Origin: Toensbergia leucococca
Taxonomy: Eukaryota
Direction: 5' to 3'
DNA: 64,000 nt
NCBI GenBank assembly: GCA_022813965.1
Contig: JALDZS010000077.1
Span: forward strand, 1 to 64,000
Shown piece after piece: positions 25,778 to 37,264 of this stretch. The position numbers and the translations under genes are program-made. Below the pieces are notes generated by a model. That model saw only the letters and a program-made list of their open reading frames with translations. It was not told where the DNA came from and made no database searches. Positions within the stretch are counted from its first letter, which is position 1. Each line of letters begins with the position of its first letter.

Positions 25778-26781
25778 AATAAGGAATGAATTTTATAATG
25801 AGCCTGAATGCAATGATCTAGTGAGAAAACCTTAGCATAATTAAGCCTTTAAAAGAAAAATTAGTAAAGATTAAATATATAATAATCTAAATTATACTAA
25901 TATTAATATTATTGTTAAAGGTATGATCAGTGTTAAAGAATAACTTTAGTTTATAAGCTGCCTTAATAATCTCAGAGCTAAAGTCAGAGAACATTATAAT
26001 AATAGATTTGACAGAGTCTGAGAACTAAGATCTAAAGTCTACAATTAATAAGCAGCCTGAATGTAAGTTAATAAAAGAGCTCAGATTTTAATATTAATGA
26101 GAAAGTATTAAATATTAATAGTAATTTACTTCAATAATTAATAGAAGTCAGAATAATTTTATTGATAAATCTACACTCTTACTATTACTGTTAAGGTAAA
26201 TTTTATAATTGATAAAGTAAATAAAATTTTAAGCAAGTGTAAGAATGATCTTAAGAATCTCACTTACACTAGTATATACTAACATTTAGAGTGTTATAAA
26301 CTAATCTTTAATCACTAAGATGACTTGTTGATGCAGTTTAATCAGAAAACTAGCTATAAGAGTTAAGGTAACACATGAAGCTAACACTTATATGAGAGTA
26401 ACTAGTCTAGTCATATTTAACTAAATCAGTTTAAACTGTAACACCCTTAGAGATAAGACTATAATTGCGCACACTGTATAAATATGGTAGTAGTATAATG
26501 TCAACAAAAATTATCAGTTAGTCTTAATGATTAGCTTAGCCTAGTGTATTATAAAGTATAATTAGCAAGTTATTTTAGTTATACAAAGAATAACTATAAC
26601 ACTTATCTAGAGTTAATTTATTGCATAATAGTGTCAGAATTAAAATAGTGTCAAGTAAATTACACTGTAGATAAATTAATTAATTATTCAATTGATTAAT
26701 TAATTATGTAATAAATCATAAATTTATAGATACTGTCATTAAAATTAATTACAGAATTGATAAACACTTCTATCTATTTAA

Positions 26782-27565
26782 GGCTCCTAATACATAAATA
26801 CCCCTTTTTAATACATTGACGCTCTCTTCTTCTCTCTCTCACCTTAAGCGCAATATCACTGAGAGAAAATCTATCATTTCACATCACATCTTGCCTCAAT
26901 TCTCTATCACTTTGTAAGCTATTTAGCTGTTTTATTTGTATGCCATCTATTGCCTAAGGAATCATCCTGATATTGTATCACGTTTTTACCTAATTCTTTA
27001 CTATAAATTTTGATTTTCTCTCACTTAAACCCTTACCTTCAGTTGATAAACTTAAACCCTCACCTTCATCTTTGCCTTTACCTTTACTTACACTTATAAG
27101 TCTTGCTTTACTTATGACTCTACTAAGCATAGAGCATATAACATTAGATGCTCTTATTGTCATTATTTAGAGACACACTCTCTGAGGAGGCTGAGGTAAC
27201 TGAGGACCTAGAGGAGGGTAAGAAAATAGAGAGAGAAGAGAAGGTAAAGGTAAAGTTCCTTTGAATAATAGGGTATTTCATGATTTTGAAAGAAGGTAGA
27301 TAAATTGCGCCTGAGAGGTGATTATGCGCCTGAGAGAAAGGAAATTCAAGTCAGGATATAATACAAAAGCATGATTTTTCTCTGAGGTAATTTGACTTCT
27401 AGATGGCACACAAATGAAACAACTAAATAGCTTACAAAGTAATAGAGAATTGAGATAAGATGTGGTGTGAAATAATAGATTTTCCTTAGTGATAATGCGC
27501 CTAAGGTAAAGGGAGCAAGGGGTAGCGTCAATATTTTAAACAGGGGTGTCTATATATCAGAAGCC
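26782..27565. mobile_element. Long-TIR (Mutator-like/foldback) MITE, RIP-degraded
   Basis: ~170-180-bp inverted arms starting ggctcctaatacat / ending atcagaagcc. 8-bp TSD ctatttaa (26774-26781) / ttatttaa (27566-27573). Related to 33416-34122. Confidence 0.8.
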
Positions 27566-27579
27566 TTATTTAATTGTAA

Positions 27580-28085
27580 TTGTATGTGAATTTATTACAA
27601 TTCTCTAAGCAGGTAGGTATAAAATCAAGTATAAAATTGAGAAGGTAAAGAAGAATTGTATGTAAGTTATCACATTCTCTTAGATAGATAGACAATTAGC
27701 ATGAGAATTTAAGTCAGATAAATAAAAAAGACCTACTGAAGTCATTTTGTGTATGAAATTATCACAATTTTCTAGGCAGGTAGGTTATTAACATAAGGAT
27801 TTGAGTCAGATAATTAAAAAAGACACATCTAGACTATTTTGTATGTGAAATTATCACAATTTTTTAGGCAGGTAGGTTATTAGCATGAGGATTTGAATTA
27901 GATAAATGAAAGAGACCTACTTAGCTCATTTTGTATGTAAAATTATCACAATTTTCTAGGCAGGTAGGTTATTAGCATGAGGATTTGAATTTAATAAATG
28001 AAAGAGACCTACTTAGGTCATTTTGTATGTGAAATTATCACAATTTTCTAGGCAGATAGGTTATTAACGTAATAATTTAAATTAA
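27580..28085. repeat. 92-bp minisatellite, ~5.5 copies
   Basis: Unit 'gtatgtgaaattatcacaattttctaggcaggtaggttattagcatgaggatttgaat...gagacctacttag.tcatttt' recurs at 27749, 27841, 27933, 28025, with degenerate copies at ~27582 and ~27657. Confidence 0.92.
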
Positions 28086-28265
28086 ATGCTGAATGATTAA
28101 AGAGATGAATGCAGAGTAAGATACTTTAAGTAAATAAAGAGATAGTTTTATGCTTTTTTAGCTAAGTTTTAAACTATGCTAACACTGTACTAACACTGTA
28201 TACAAATACTAATATTATTATTTATCTCAAAATAGTAGTAAAGCAGTGTCTTTGTTATGAATTTC

Positions 28266-30544
28266 TGTTCTCTGATGTCTATAATGTATAATAACTTATT
28301 GTCTAGATGCTTAAATCATAGATATCTAGTATGTGAGGCTAAATTAACAGATAAATCAGATCTAAGAACACTAACCTAAGCCCTTTGTAATATACACTAA
28401 ATCCTTTATAAAAATATTTATAACATATGCCTGCAGAACTAAAAAAATGTTATGCCCTGATAATAATATGCTTTAACTTTCTATTGAATGGCCTTTAGTT
28501 CTAGTGCTTAGTATCATATCATCCTTTATTCTTCTGTTATTAATTATAAGCTTATTTATTAGTTTCTAGCTTATGCTTGTGTCACCTTGTAAGCACATCT
28601 ATTCTACCTTTCTAGTTTATACTCTGAGCATTAGCAATAATAATACACCCTCAGATGATGATGCAAGGCATTGTTAAAATAAAAAGAGGCATTGCATGTA
28701 TAATAGGTAGATAAAAAGAATAAGAATATTTTATGATAAGATAAAAGCTTATATGATTTAGAATAGATAGAATTATGCATGTAGCATATAGAGAATGCAG
28801 GTGATTCAGCATGCAAGTTGAATAAAAATCTCTGAGGTTAACTAAATAAGTTATGAGTTGTGAATTCAGTCAATTTAAGGTATGTATTTTATATTAACTA
28901 GACTGATGCAATTTAGTATGTGAATATTTCATATTTTTTTCATAAGATATTTTCAATTTAGTAAGTAAATAAGTGTTCAATTAAATTGACAAAGACTAAG
29001 TTAATTTTATATATGATTTAGGTTCAATTTTCTTAGTCATGAATGCATAAAAGAATATAGGCATGTGACCTAATAAGGTAAATAAAATGAGCACATTCAT
29101 ACCTGCAATTTGCATGATCTTTTTATCTAGTCAAAGGGCTATGTTGTCTTTCTTCTTATTAAGCTCATTAATATTTAAAATAACACTGACATAAATCTTA
29201 TTGATAATATTGACCTTGATACACTTGATTATTATAGTTTTATTAGATTCTAAGATAAATAGAGATAGATTAATATAATAATTCACAGTTTGCTGCTTAC
29301 TAACACACTTGACTGTGACAGAATGAATCTTCTGCATGAATTAATCCTTTAATATTAACTCAGTGTCAATAAATGTGACTAAACTACTGATATTAACACA
29401 AATTAAGTAAGTAGTTTCTTTTTGATTCTTGAAAAGATGAGCTTATATTATGACATATTTATATTCTAAAGAAAGGAAGTTAATAACAAATACATTCTAA
29501 GCTGCATACTCATTTGTGCTAGCAGGTAACTTAATATTATAATGTTAATTAAGCATGTGTTGTTTCAATTTCAAGACATTAGTAAAGGTGCTGTTGCAGA
29601 TGCTACAGATAGTAGCTGATAGCTAATAATATTCTGTATAATAAGGCTCAGATAAGGATTCTTTAGGTTTCTCTGATTTCTTACTAAAACTAAAAGATTA
29701 ATAAGATCTTATTGCGTCAGTGTAATAGGTCACTTTTAAGTTCTTAAATGCCGTGAATCTCTAAAGGGTTAGAGACTTGACTGAGAGCTCAGATAATGAC
29801 TGTTAGTGTTTCATCTCAGGATTTAAATTAATAGAAGACTTTAAAGTATTTAAGGTAGTAAATTTATGATGATCTCACAGGCAGTTATTAAGATAATTCA
29901 GAACAGTAATAAGCATTGTTTTTATAGCATTCAATTTTCTATTTATTTTATCAAAATGTCTGTTGATTTTTCTTTGTAAGCTTCTTACTGAATTAGATAT
30001 TTATTTAAATGATGATAAAACTTCTTAAAATAATTGATTATGTTCTGGTTCATGATTAAATGTAAAGTTTAAACAGACTGAGTAGAAAAAGCTTAGTAGA
30101 GAGGAATAAAAACTAAATGAAAGTAATTATCACTATTGATAACTTAATTTCTAAGAAAAATAGTAAAACTGATTAAATTAACAGATTTAATAACTCATTT
30201 CTTGATGTAACTAAAAAAAATAATAAATCTCAGGTTAATTCCCTAATTTATCAGTAATAGCATGAGCTTCAGTCTCTTTACTAATAACAAGGGGCTGACG
30301 TATCTAAGATGTTTTTTACCTCAGAAGGCAATAATAGAAGTTATCTAATTATAAAGTTACTGTTGCATTTATTATTATAAATTTTTATATTCTAATGTCT
30401 ATAATGTATAATGACTCATTGTCTAGATGTTTGGACACAAATATTTAGTGTGTGAGATTAAATCAACAGATAAACTAAATTTAGAGACACTAACCTAAGC
30501 CCTTTGTGACATACACTAAACTCTTTATAAAAATATTTATAACA
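28266..30544 (-). mobile_element. Second RT-less mini-LTR element (~2.3 kb; protease + C2H2-like remnant), heavily mutated
   Basis: ~160-bp direct repeats ~28266-28425 and ~30386-30544 ending ttataaca. Minus strand CVNISSLVTFID (mutated D-T/S-G protease-like site, ~29390) and CNASFYFNNALHHHLR (~28690). TSD not clear. Confidence 0.72.
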
Positions 30545-30839
30545 GTCTAAATTATAATTATGTTTCTTAATGATAACAGTTTATGCAAGAAACTATAGAT
30601 GCATTATTGTGTTAAAGTCTCTGTAAACTCATATTTCAGTATCTCAAAATTATACTGTTAAAATATATAAATAGTAGTAGTACAGTCATAAAAGAATTTA
30701 ATTGTACTCATACTAAACTTATTATTTTACTATATCTTTACAGTATTATTATGATGTGTGCATTTACAGTCTTATCTCTAAGGACAGAGATTCTAAAATA
30801 CAGCTAATCTAAATAAAGTTAGTACTATCACTAAAAAAC

Positions 30840-31000
30840 ATTATAGAATTTATAATATATTATTATATCAATAAATATAGACTGATCAGTTAAGAGTATG
30901 TCAGATAACATAAGGTTTTTATATACTTATATATATATAGACTTAGATAGTATTATAGCCTTAAGGCTGCATGCACTTAATAAAGAAATAAAATAAAAAA
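30840..31000 (+). mobile_element. Very short 3'-end copy of the LINE family
   Basis: Matches 8720-8878, including 'gctgcatgcacttaataaagaaataaaataaaaa'. Confidence 0.85.
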
Positions 31001-31992
31001 CCTGTTATGTAATTACACTAATTTAGACAGAAATTTGTTTTTATTGTTTTATAAGAGATTATGTAAATATAATACTATAGCAGACATACAAAGATAATAT
31101 CAGAGGCTTAGACTGACAACTCTATATACTCACTTATAGTCATAAATAATTAATAGGTTTCTCTAAAAAGAATCATCTTTAGAAGAACTTATCAATCTCT
31201 TTTATTTATTAGATCAGCTTTTTTATTATTAGTTGAAGAATTGTTAGATTATATAGGCTCAACAGATTAATAGATAATCACAGAGTTTATCTCTTCTCTG
31301 CACTCAATCATCCTTTTCAGTCTCTCTTCAGTAATAACAGTCTAATGCATAAAACCTGTAGAGAGTAAAGATATTGCACCAATGTCTATTTATAGATAGA
31401 CACTCTATTTCTCTCTATCATGACAGAGAGCTGTTAATAAAAGTATTGTCTATTAAATAAACTAAGCATGCTTAAGTGAGCTGTCTCACTGAGACTCAGT
31501 TTATACATCTAAAAAACAGAAAAATCTCAGGGAATCTACCTATTGAGAACCGTAGAGAAGATATCACCTGATAGCTCTCCTATAGGGGTAACAAGGTACT
31601 GACATTCTGAAGTATCAATACAATGATAAAAACTGATTGAGGACGTCACTATTGAAGTCACAATAGAGGTCATATACTGAGCCACGGATACAGGTCAATA
31701 TTGAAGCTTCAATGAGGATATCTTGTGTTGACGTGAAAGGGGGTTTATTTTGAGTCGTTGGGGCGGCGACAGCCCAGGGGGATTCCCACCAGGGGAAGGG
31801 TTGTCGTATCTATCCTTTCAGATTCATGATCGATGAGTAGGATGGCGTAAGCCGATCGTCGAACCTAAATCAGACAGGACCAGCTACGTTTAACGTCCAG
31901 CTCAACAGGATCACACTAATTAAGACATCTGAGTGGCAGATGATGAGACAGGCTCAAAAGAGTTATAAGTACTTTTTGTATTGATTGTAATG

Positions 31993-33346
31993 CTAAAGGC
32001 CTATGGCGTGTCGCACCAGCGTCATAGTTTTTTCTGCCTCTTTACGTGCTTTGTCCGCGCCTACCCTTGCCACGTCATCAAGGTATCTGCCGTCATCGGC
32101 ATTCATAAGTAGGTCATATCGAGCTCTAATGCCACTTAGGTGCTCATTTATTGTACTCGCTACCATGCTTTTAAAGTCGTGCATACTTAGAGCACTATAC
32201 TGTTGAGCCACCTCTTCGCACGTAGGTCTTCCGTTGTTTAAAAAACTTACTAGTGCCAGCAAGTTTGAAACACCAGGGCGAGTGACTGGGTCAAATGACA
32301 CTCCTTGCATTGAATCCGTCAGAGCAAGCTTGATCTTCGTATGAATTTCTTCATGATCGTCGGTTATCAGTATTCTTGAGCGGGAGTCATCGTGAGACTT
32401 GGACATCTTTAATTGCGGTTCCTTGAGAGACATCACTCGTCTTGCAAGAGCTGCGTTATATCAGCATATAAGATTTGATGGTGAGTATAACTTTCCCCAC
32501 ATAGTAATGTCCTCGGCTTTCTGAAAATGGGCCCGTGAGCACTGTTGAAGTTGTTGGCACATTCTCTCGCGAACTCCAAATGTTGCACCTGGTCCTCTCC
32601 AACGGGAACTTGAGTAGTCCTGATCAAACTTAGAAAGCGAATTTGGATTGACGGGGAGAACTACCCGTAAAGCAATATATCCGCGGCCTGTAATACAGGA
32701 TAGGAAAAAAGTCCCAGCTTGAGCTTCGCTTTAGCACTCGGATCCAATATCGAGATTTCGTCCGGGAGGGCAAGCTTGCTCTGTTTGTTGTCAGTCACGA
32801 CCTGCGAAAAAGTAATTTGAGTAGTTTAGGAACCTGATCGAACCTTCCATTGTGTCATGCGTGAAAGATACCCGATGGACGCAGTACAACTCAAGATCCA
32901 CATAAGCTCTGCGTGTGCCTTCACCTGCACTTCAATCAGCGCCAACCCCGGGGTCTCGGACGCTGGAAATCTGGCCTGCGTACCTCCGACTGGTAAAAGA
33001 TAATACATCGGTCCGGATTAAGGCCTACAGCCAGGAGAGACGCCAATGTCTCCCGTTTCCATCGTCGCAGCTGCTGTGCGGTCTGACGCACCGTGATAGC
33101 ATGTAGGTCAACGATAGAGAAAATAAGCTGAGTTGAAGGTAGAGCCTCATCTTGGAGGTGGACCCATGACTGTATTGCGCCCAAATAATTTCCAAGGTGA
33201 GGAATCCCAGTAGGCTGTATGCCAGAGAAGACTACTTCACGAGTACAGCGAGATGATCGCCTCTTAGAGACATGCTGAAATCCCAACAGCAGAGCTTTCG
33301 AAGTAAGAATTACTCTGGACCTGGCATATTGATGGATCCAGGGCAT
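31993..33346 (-). CDS. MSW1: Mitochondrial tryptophanyl-tRNA synthetase (spliced)
   Basis: [18 protein letters not shown] (HIGH-like), [47 protein letters not shown]. Arg/Ser-rich presequence-like N-terminus; GT-AG introns. Confidence 0.93.
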
Positions 33347-33415
33347 GGTTGTTTCTCCCACTCATACAACTCGATAACGCACTATGGATATAATACATAG
33401 TCGTCTTTCCGTATT

Positions 33416-34122
33416 GTATTGATACATGGACAACCCCCTTCTGATCACCTAGGGGAATTTTTAGCATTCTGCACGACATTTTGCCTCGATTCCCCCACCA
33501 CTTTTGCATGCCATATGCGTCATGATTTGCTGATCAATTAGGAGGCTTTGTACTGAGGAAAAAAGCAGTGCTTTTTGTATAAGATTCTGACTTGATTTCC
33601 CCCACCCACGGGCGCAAAAACATCGTGATCATTGCTCGCCCCCATGGCCGTCCTACAGGAGCCCTCAATCAACCTTAGGATGAGAGAAAACAATAGACGG
33701 TACACAGAGAGAACTGAGGGTAGTGGGGGCGGCGGACTTGCGTGAAGAGAGAAGGGGAGGACCTAGGGGCTGGGGGGGAGGGGTGAGTGGAGGGAATATC
33801 TAGGGGTAAAAGGCAAGGTGGACGGCGAGGGGGAGGTGAAGGAGTAATTCCTCTGAATAATAGAGTCTTTCATGACTTTAGAATGAGGTAGGTAAAAATC
33901 GCGATGTTTTTGCGCCCGGCGGTGGGGAGGATTGAGTCAGAATGCGATACAAAAGCATGCTTTTTCCCTTAGTTGAAAAGCCTTTTAAATGACACGCGAA
34001 TCATGACGCATATGGCACGCAAAAGTGGTGAGGGAATTGAGGCAGAATGTGGTGCAGAATCATAAAATTGCCCTCAGTGATCATACGCCTGAGAAGGGGC
34101 GGGCGTTCATGTATCAATACCC
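33416..34122. mobile_element. Long-TIR (Mutator-like/foldback) MITE, not RIP-eroded, immediately upstream of MSW1
   Basis: ~215-bp imperfect inverted arms (33416-33629 / ~33897-34120). Degenerate 8-bp TSD tccgtatt / tccatata. G-rich core related to 27200-27310. Confidence 0.85.
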
Positions 34123-34537
34123 TCCATATATTACAGGGTGCTATAATACAAGTAACTAGAAGTGTTCACTGCACTGAGAAATGTACCTATGGTCCTGCGA
34201 TGTACTCTTCGTAATCATTAAGTCAACAAATCCGTACATGTAGTCCTCGAGTTCAGGGGGTGTAAAAAGCTTAACCGCCGATTGCTTGGTGAGAAATAGT
34301 TAAGCCATCGGGGGTTGAAATAAATTCTATCAACCCCGAGTGCTTCTGAAGACCATAGGAGAGTGCGAGGCTAGTTAGAATAGAATACAGTGGGTGAGTG
34401 GCTAGCTCAGAACTTAATCCCACTATGTACCCACGTGCTACCTTACCTGCATTTAACATCATTTGTCACAAGTAGGTAGCTTTGTAAAACATTTAAATTA
34501 ATCTTGATGACTATTTCAATGCTCAAAACATGTAATT

Positions 34538-35475
34538 CTAGACCTCGCTCAACGGGGCGTCTGACGTTTGCCTGAATCTCTCGCTGCCCATTAAGTCCAT
34601 TATTTTCTCCCCTGTACCCATGTTCTTCTTTCTGCCGAAGTGTACCCATTTCGGCTCCAACACCTGCTTGACGTTCTCAAGACTCACGTCCATTGTTTTG
34701 CCAACTCCTGACACAAGCATTAATAAGAGGTACAGAGGACTCCGTTCTCCTGAGACACAGGAATCACAAACCTAATTTCTCATGTTCCCATACATTTGCC
34801 TTCATGCCAATACCATAATACGCATGTTTTCGCAAGAAAGCCAGCCATATCTCCACAATTTCAGGGTGCCCGTCCTGTATTTGTATGAGCCGTCTCAGAG
34901 TAATCCGCTCAAAATTTTCCTGGCTCTTCTTATGTATGAAATTGCTTCGAGGCACAGTCCATCTCTCAGTAATTCGAGGTAATGGAATAGGTCCTGCTGC
35001 AGGTAAATTGAGATAATACGCAGCGCGAAGAGCGAAATCGGCAAAGAACTCAACGTTCCGCACACTGTAAGAGCGTAGTTGTAAATCGCAAGTGGGGACC
35101 CCATACTTTGCCTGACGCTTGAGGGGTCTTAAATAGATCGCTTGAACACTTCGAGGTAGCCGCAGATCCAGGCTGTCCTGTCCAGCTTGCTGCGCTTGTA
35201 TGCTGTGAATCCCATGAGTTACGAGGTCTTTGCAAAGATAGACTCGGGATCCTTACTCCTCTGGGGCTTCCTGCGAAGGAGGCGTTGGCAAACTAAGAAG
35301 TGTTGGGTAAGATATTGAGCAACCAAACTCCACTTCAGGAAAAGGCTGACACTCACATTGAGGGGTTGTCAAAATGCGCATCAGCTTGAGGACGTAGCCT
35401 TGAAGTGGAGAAAGTAGTAGCCAAAATGGAGATTCTCGTCACAACAGAGCGCTGCCATGGTTGAGAAATCAACAT
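34538..35475 (-). CDS. RSM10: Mitochondrial small-subunit ribosomal protein uS10m (spliced)
   Basis: RSYSVRNVEFFADFALRAAYYLNLPAAGPIPLPRITERWTVPRSNFIHKKSQENFERITLRRLIQI; presequence-like N-terminus. Confidence 0.9.
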
Positions 35476-35788
35476 TGGTGAGGCAGCTGCTGATGATGAA
35501 AGACCGCTACGTATTTCGCGTACGAGTTGGAATTGGTGGTCGAATAAGCGGCGCAAAGAATCAAAGGTAATTTCTCACCGCCTTCGATTAGGAAACGGCA
35601 GAAAAACCAGGCAAGGGCTTTCAGTAGCAAACTTGTGCCAAGTCACCTCAAATATGTAAACCACAAAGCTCCCTATGATTGTACTATGTGAACTCCGTGC
35701 CAATGCGCTTACAAAATCTTACTTGGTACTATGTTTGCCCAATTGACTGTATTCTAGCTTTTGTTAGCGGAGTCATACACTCAAGAAG

Positions 35789-37108
35789 ATGAACACAGGA
35801 AAAGAGAAAGTCGCCGAGATGTGTCAATTCGCTACAGAAGCCTTTCAATATCTGCAGAATCAGCTGCCCAATGAACTTGAAAGGCCCCTAGTGGGTGTGA
35901 TATGCGGATCGGGTCTCGGTGGTCTGGCAAATGCTGTCCTACCTCAGCAGCCACGGCTTGAAATCTACTACAAAGACATTCCTCACTTCCCGTTGAGTAC
36001 AGGTATGCTGCTTACTTGCAGTAGACTACAGTAGCCGTACCTGATGTTGATCTTCGGCAGTACAAGGTCATACTGGAAAACTGCTGTTTGGACTCTTGGG
36101 CCAGGAAAGGACTCCAGTGGTCTTGATGGTGGGCAGGACTCAGTTAGTACTTATGAATATTTGATATGCCGCTACGATGTCGGCTCATTCTCCCGGTCCG
36201 ATAGCTACTATGAGGGTCACTCAATGCAAAGTATTACATTTCCTGTCCGTGTCTTGAAATTATTGGGAGTGGACACAATCATAGGTACTGCAACTCGGAA
36301 ATGAGCGTCAAGGAAACAATCTGTTGAACAATCTTACCTAGTAACTAACGCCGCTGGTGGCCTCAATCCCGATTATCAAGTGGGCGATATCGTGGTGTTG
36401 AACGATGTAAGACCAGCCTACCATCATCGTCACGTCGCTCATCACTCTTCAGCACGTTAATATTGCTGGACTTGTCGGAATCCATCCGTTGCGAGGGCCT
36501 AATGCCGATGACTTCGGTGTGCGTTTCCCTGCCCTCTCAGACGCCTATGACCTTGAATTACGAAGGATGGCACATAAAATTTGGAAGAGTATGGACCGAC
36601 CTTCAATGAGTAGACGAATGCATGAGGGTATCTATGCATATGTTGGTGGCCCAAGGTAGTTGTCACTCAATTGGACCATTGCGTACCCTGTGACTGTCTG
36701 ACTGATGAGCTCCAGCTACGAAACTAGAGCTGAATGCCGCCTGTTACGCAATCTAGGGGCCGATCTCGTGGGCATGTCGACAGTTCCAGAGATCATCGTC
36801 GCACGACACTGTAACATCCGGGTTCTTGCCCTAAGCCTGGTGACCAATATTGCCGTTCTCGAAGCCGGCCCAAGAGGTGACGACATTCGAATCGAGGGTA
36901 CCAACCGGGAGTGTCTGACAGAGATTATTGAAAAGGGCAAAGCGAATCACGAAGAAGTTTTGGAGACTGGCCGCCAAGCAGCGACGGATATCCAGGTAAG
37001 ATAGATTCTTCAGCGCACAAGTCAGTATGCTGATGTTTAACTCGTAAGGCTTTGGTAGATCTAATCGTCCGAGAGATTCACAGCAATGCTGGAATTTTGC
37101 AGGAGTAA
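35789..37108 (+). CDS. PNP1: Purine nucleoside phosphorylase (spliced)
   Basis: [72 protein letters not shown]. Confidence 0.95.
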
Positions 37109-37264
37109 TTGAAGAATACATTCGAGGCGGCCCAATAGCAAGCATAGTGGCATTCCAAGAATTCCTCATGTGATTATTAAGACCATTTTGCAGATCTATA
37201 GCAAGCTAGCGATTGCCTTGTGTAGTCTCAGATCTAGATATGAACTCGAGCTTTGCTCGGACTC

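Larger units (their letters stand above)
23860..25843. mobile_element. Small TA-flanked MITE (~135 bp) interrupted by the Fot1-like transposon
   Basis: taatcatgccaaggtat (23860-23876) and its mutated inverse aaaccttagcataatta (25827-25843). The same TIR bounds 56366-56878. Confidence 0.65.
1..31600. other. AT-rich, RIP-type mutated transposon cluster (heterochromatin-like; possibly pericentromeric)
   Basis: Nested TE remnants only, no intact gene. TE ORFs are broken by TAA/TAG/TGA at positions expected for CAA/CAG/TGG/CGA. Repeat copies differ mostly by C>T/G>A. Composition changes abruptly at ~31.55-31.7 kb. Confidence 0.92.

Noticed and set aside
26437..26601. Solo LTR (TGTAAC...ATAACA)
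   Set aside because: No matching TSD and no second copy in the window.
27580..28085. CRISPR-like array
   Set aside because: The whole 92-bp unit repeats with no unique spacers; eukaryotic context and no cas genes.
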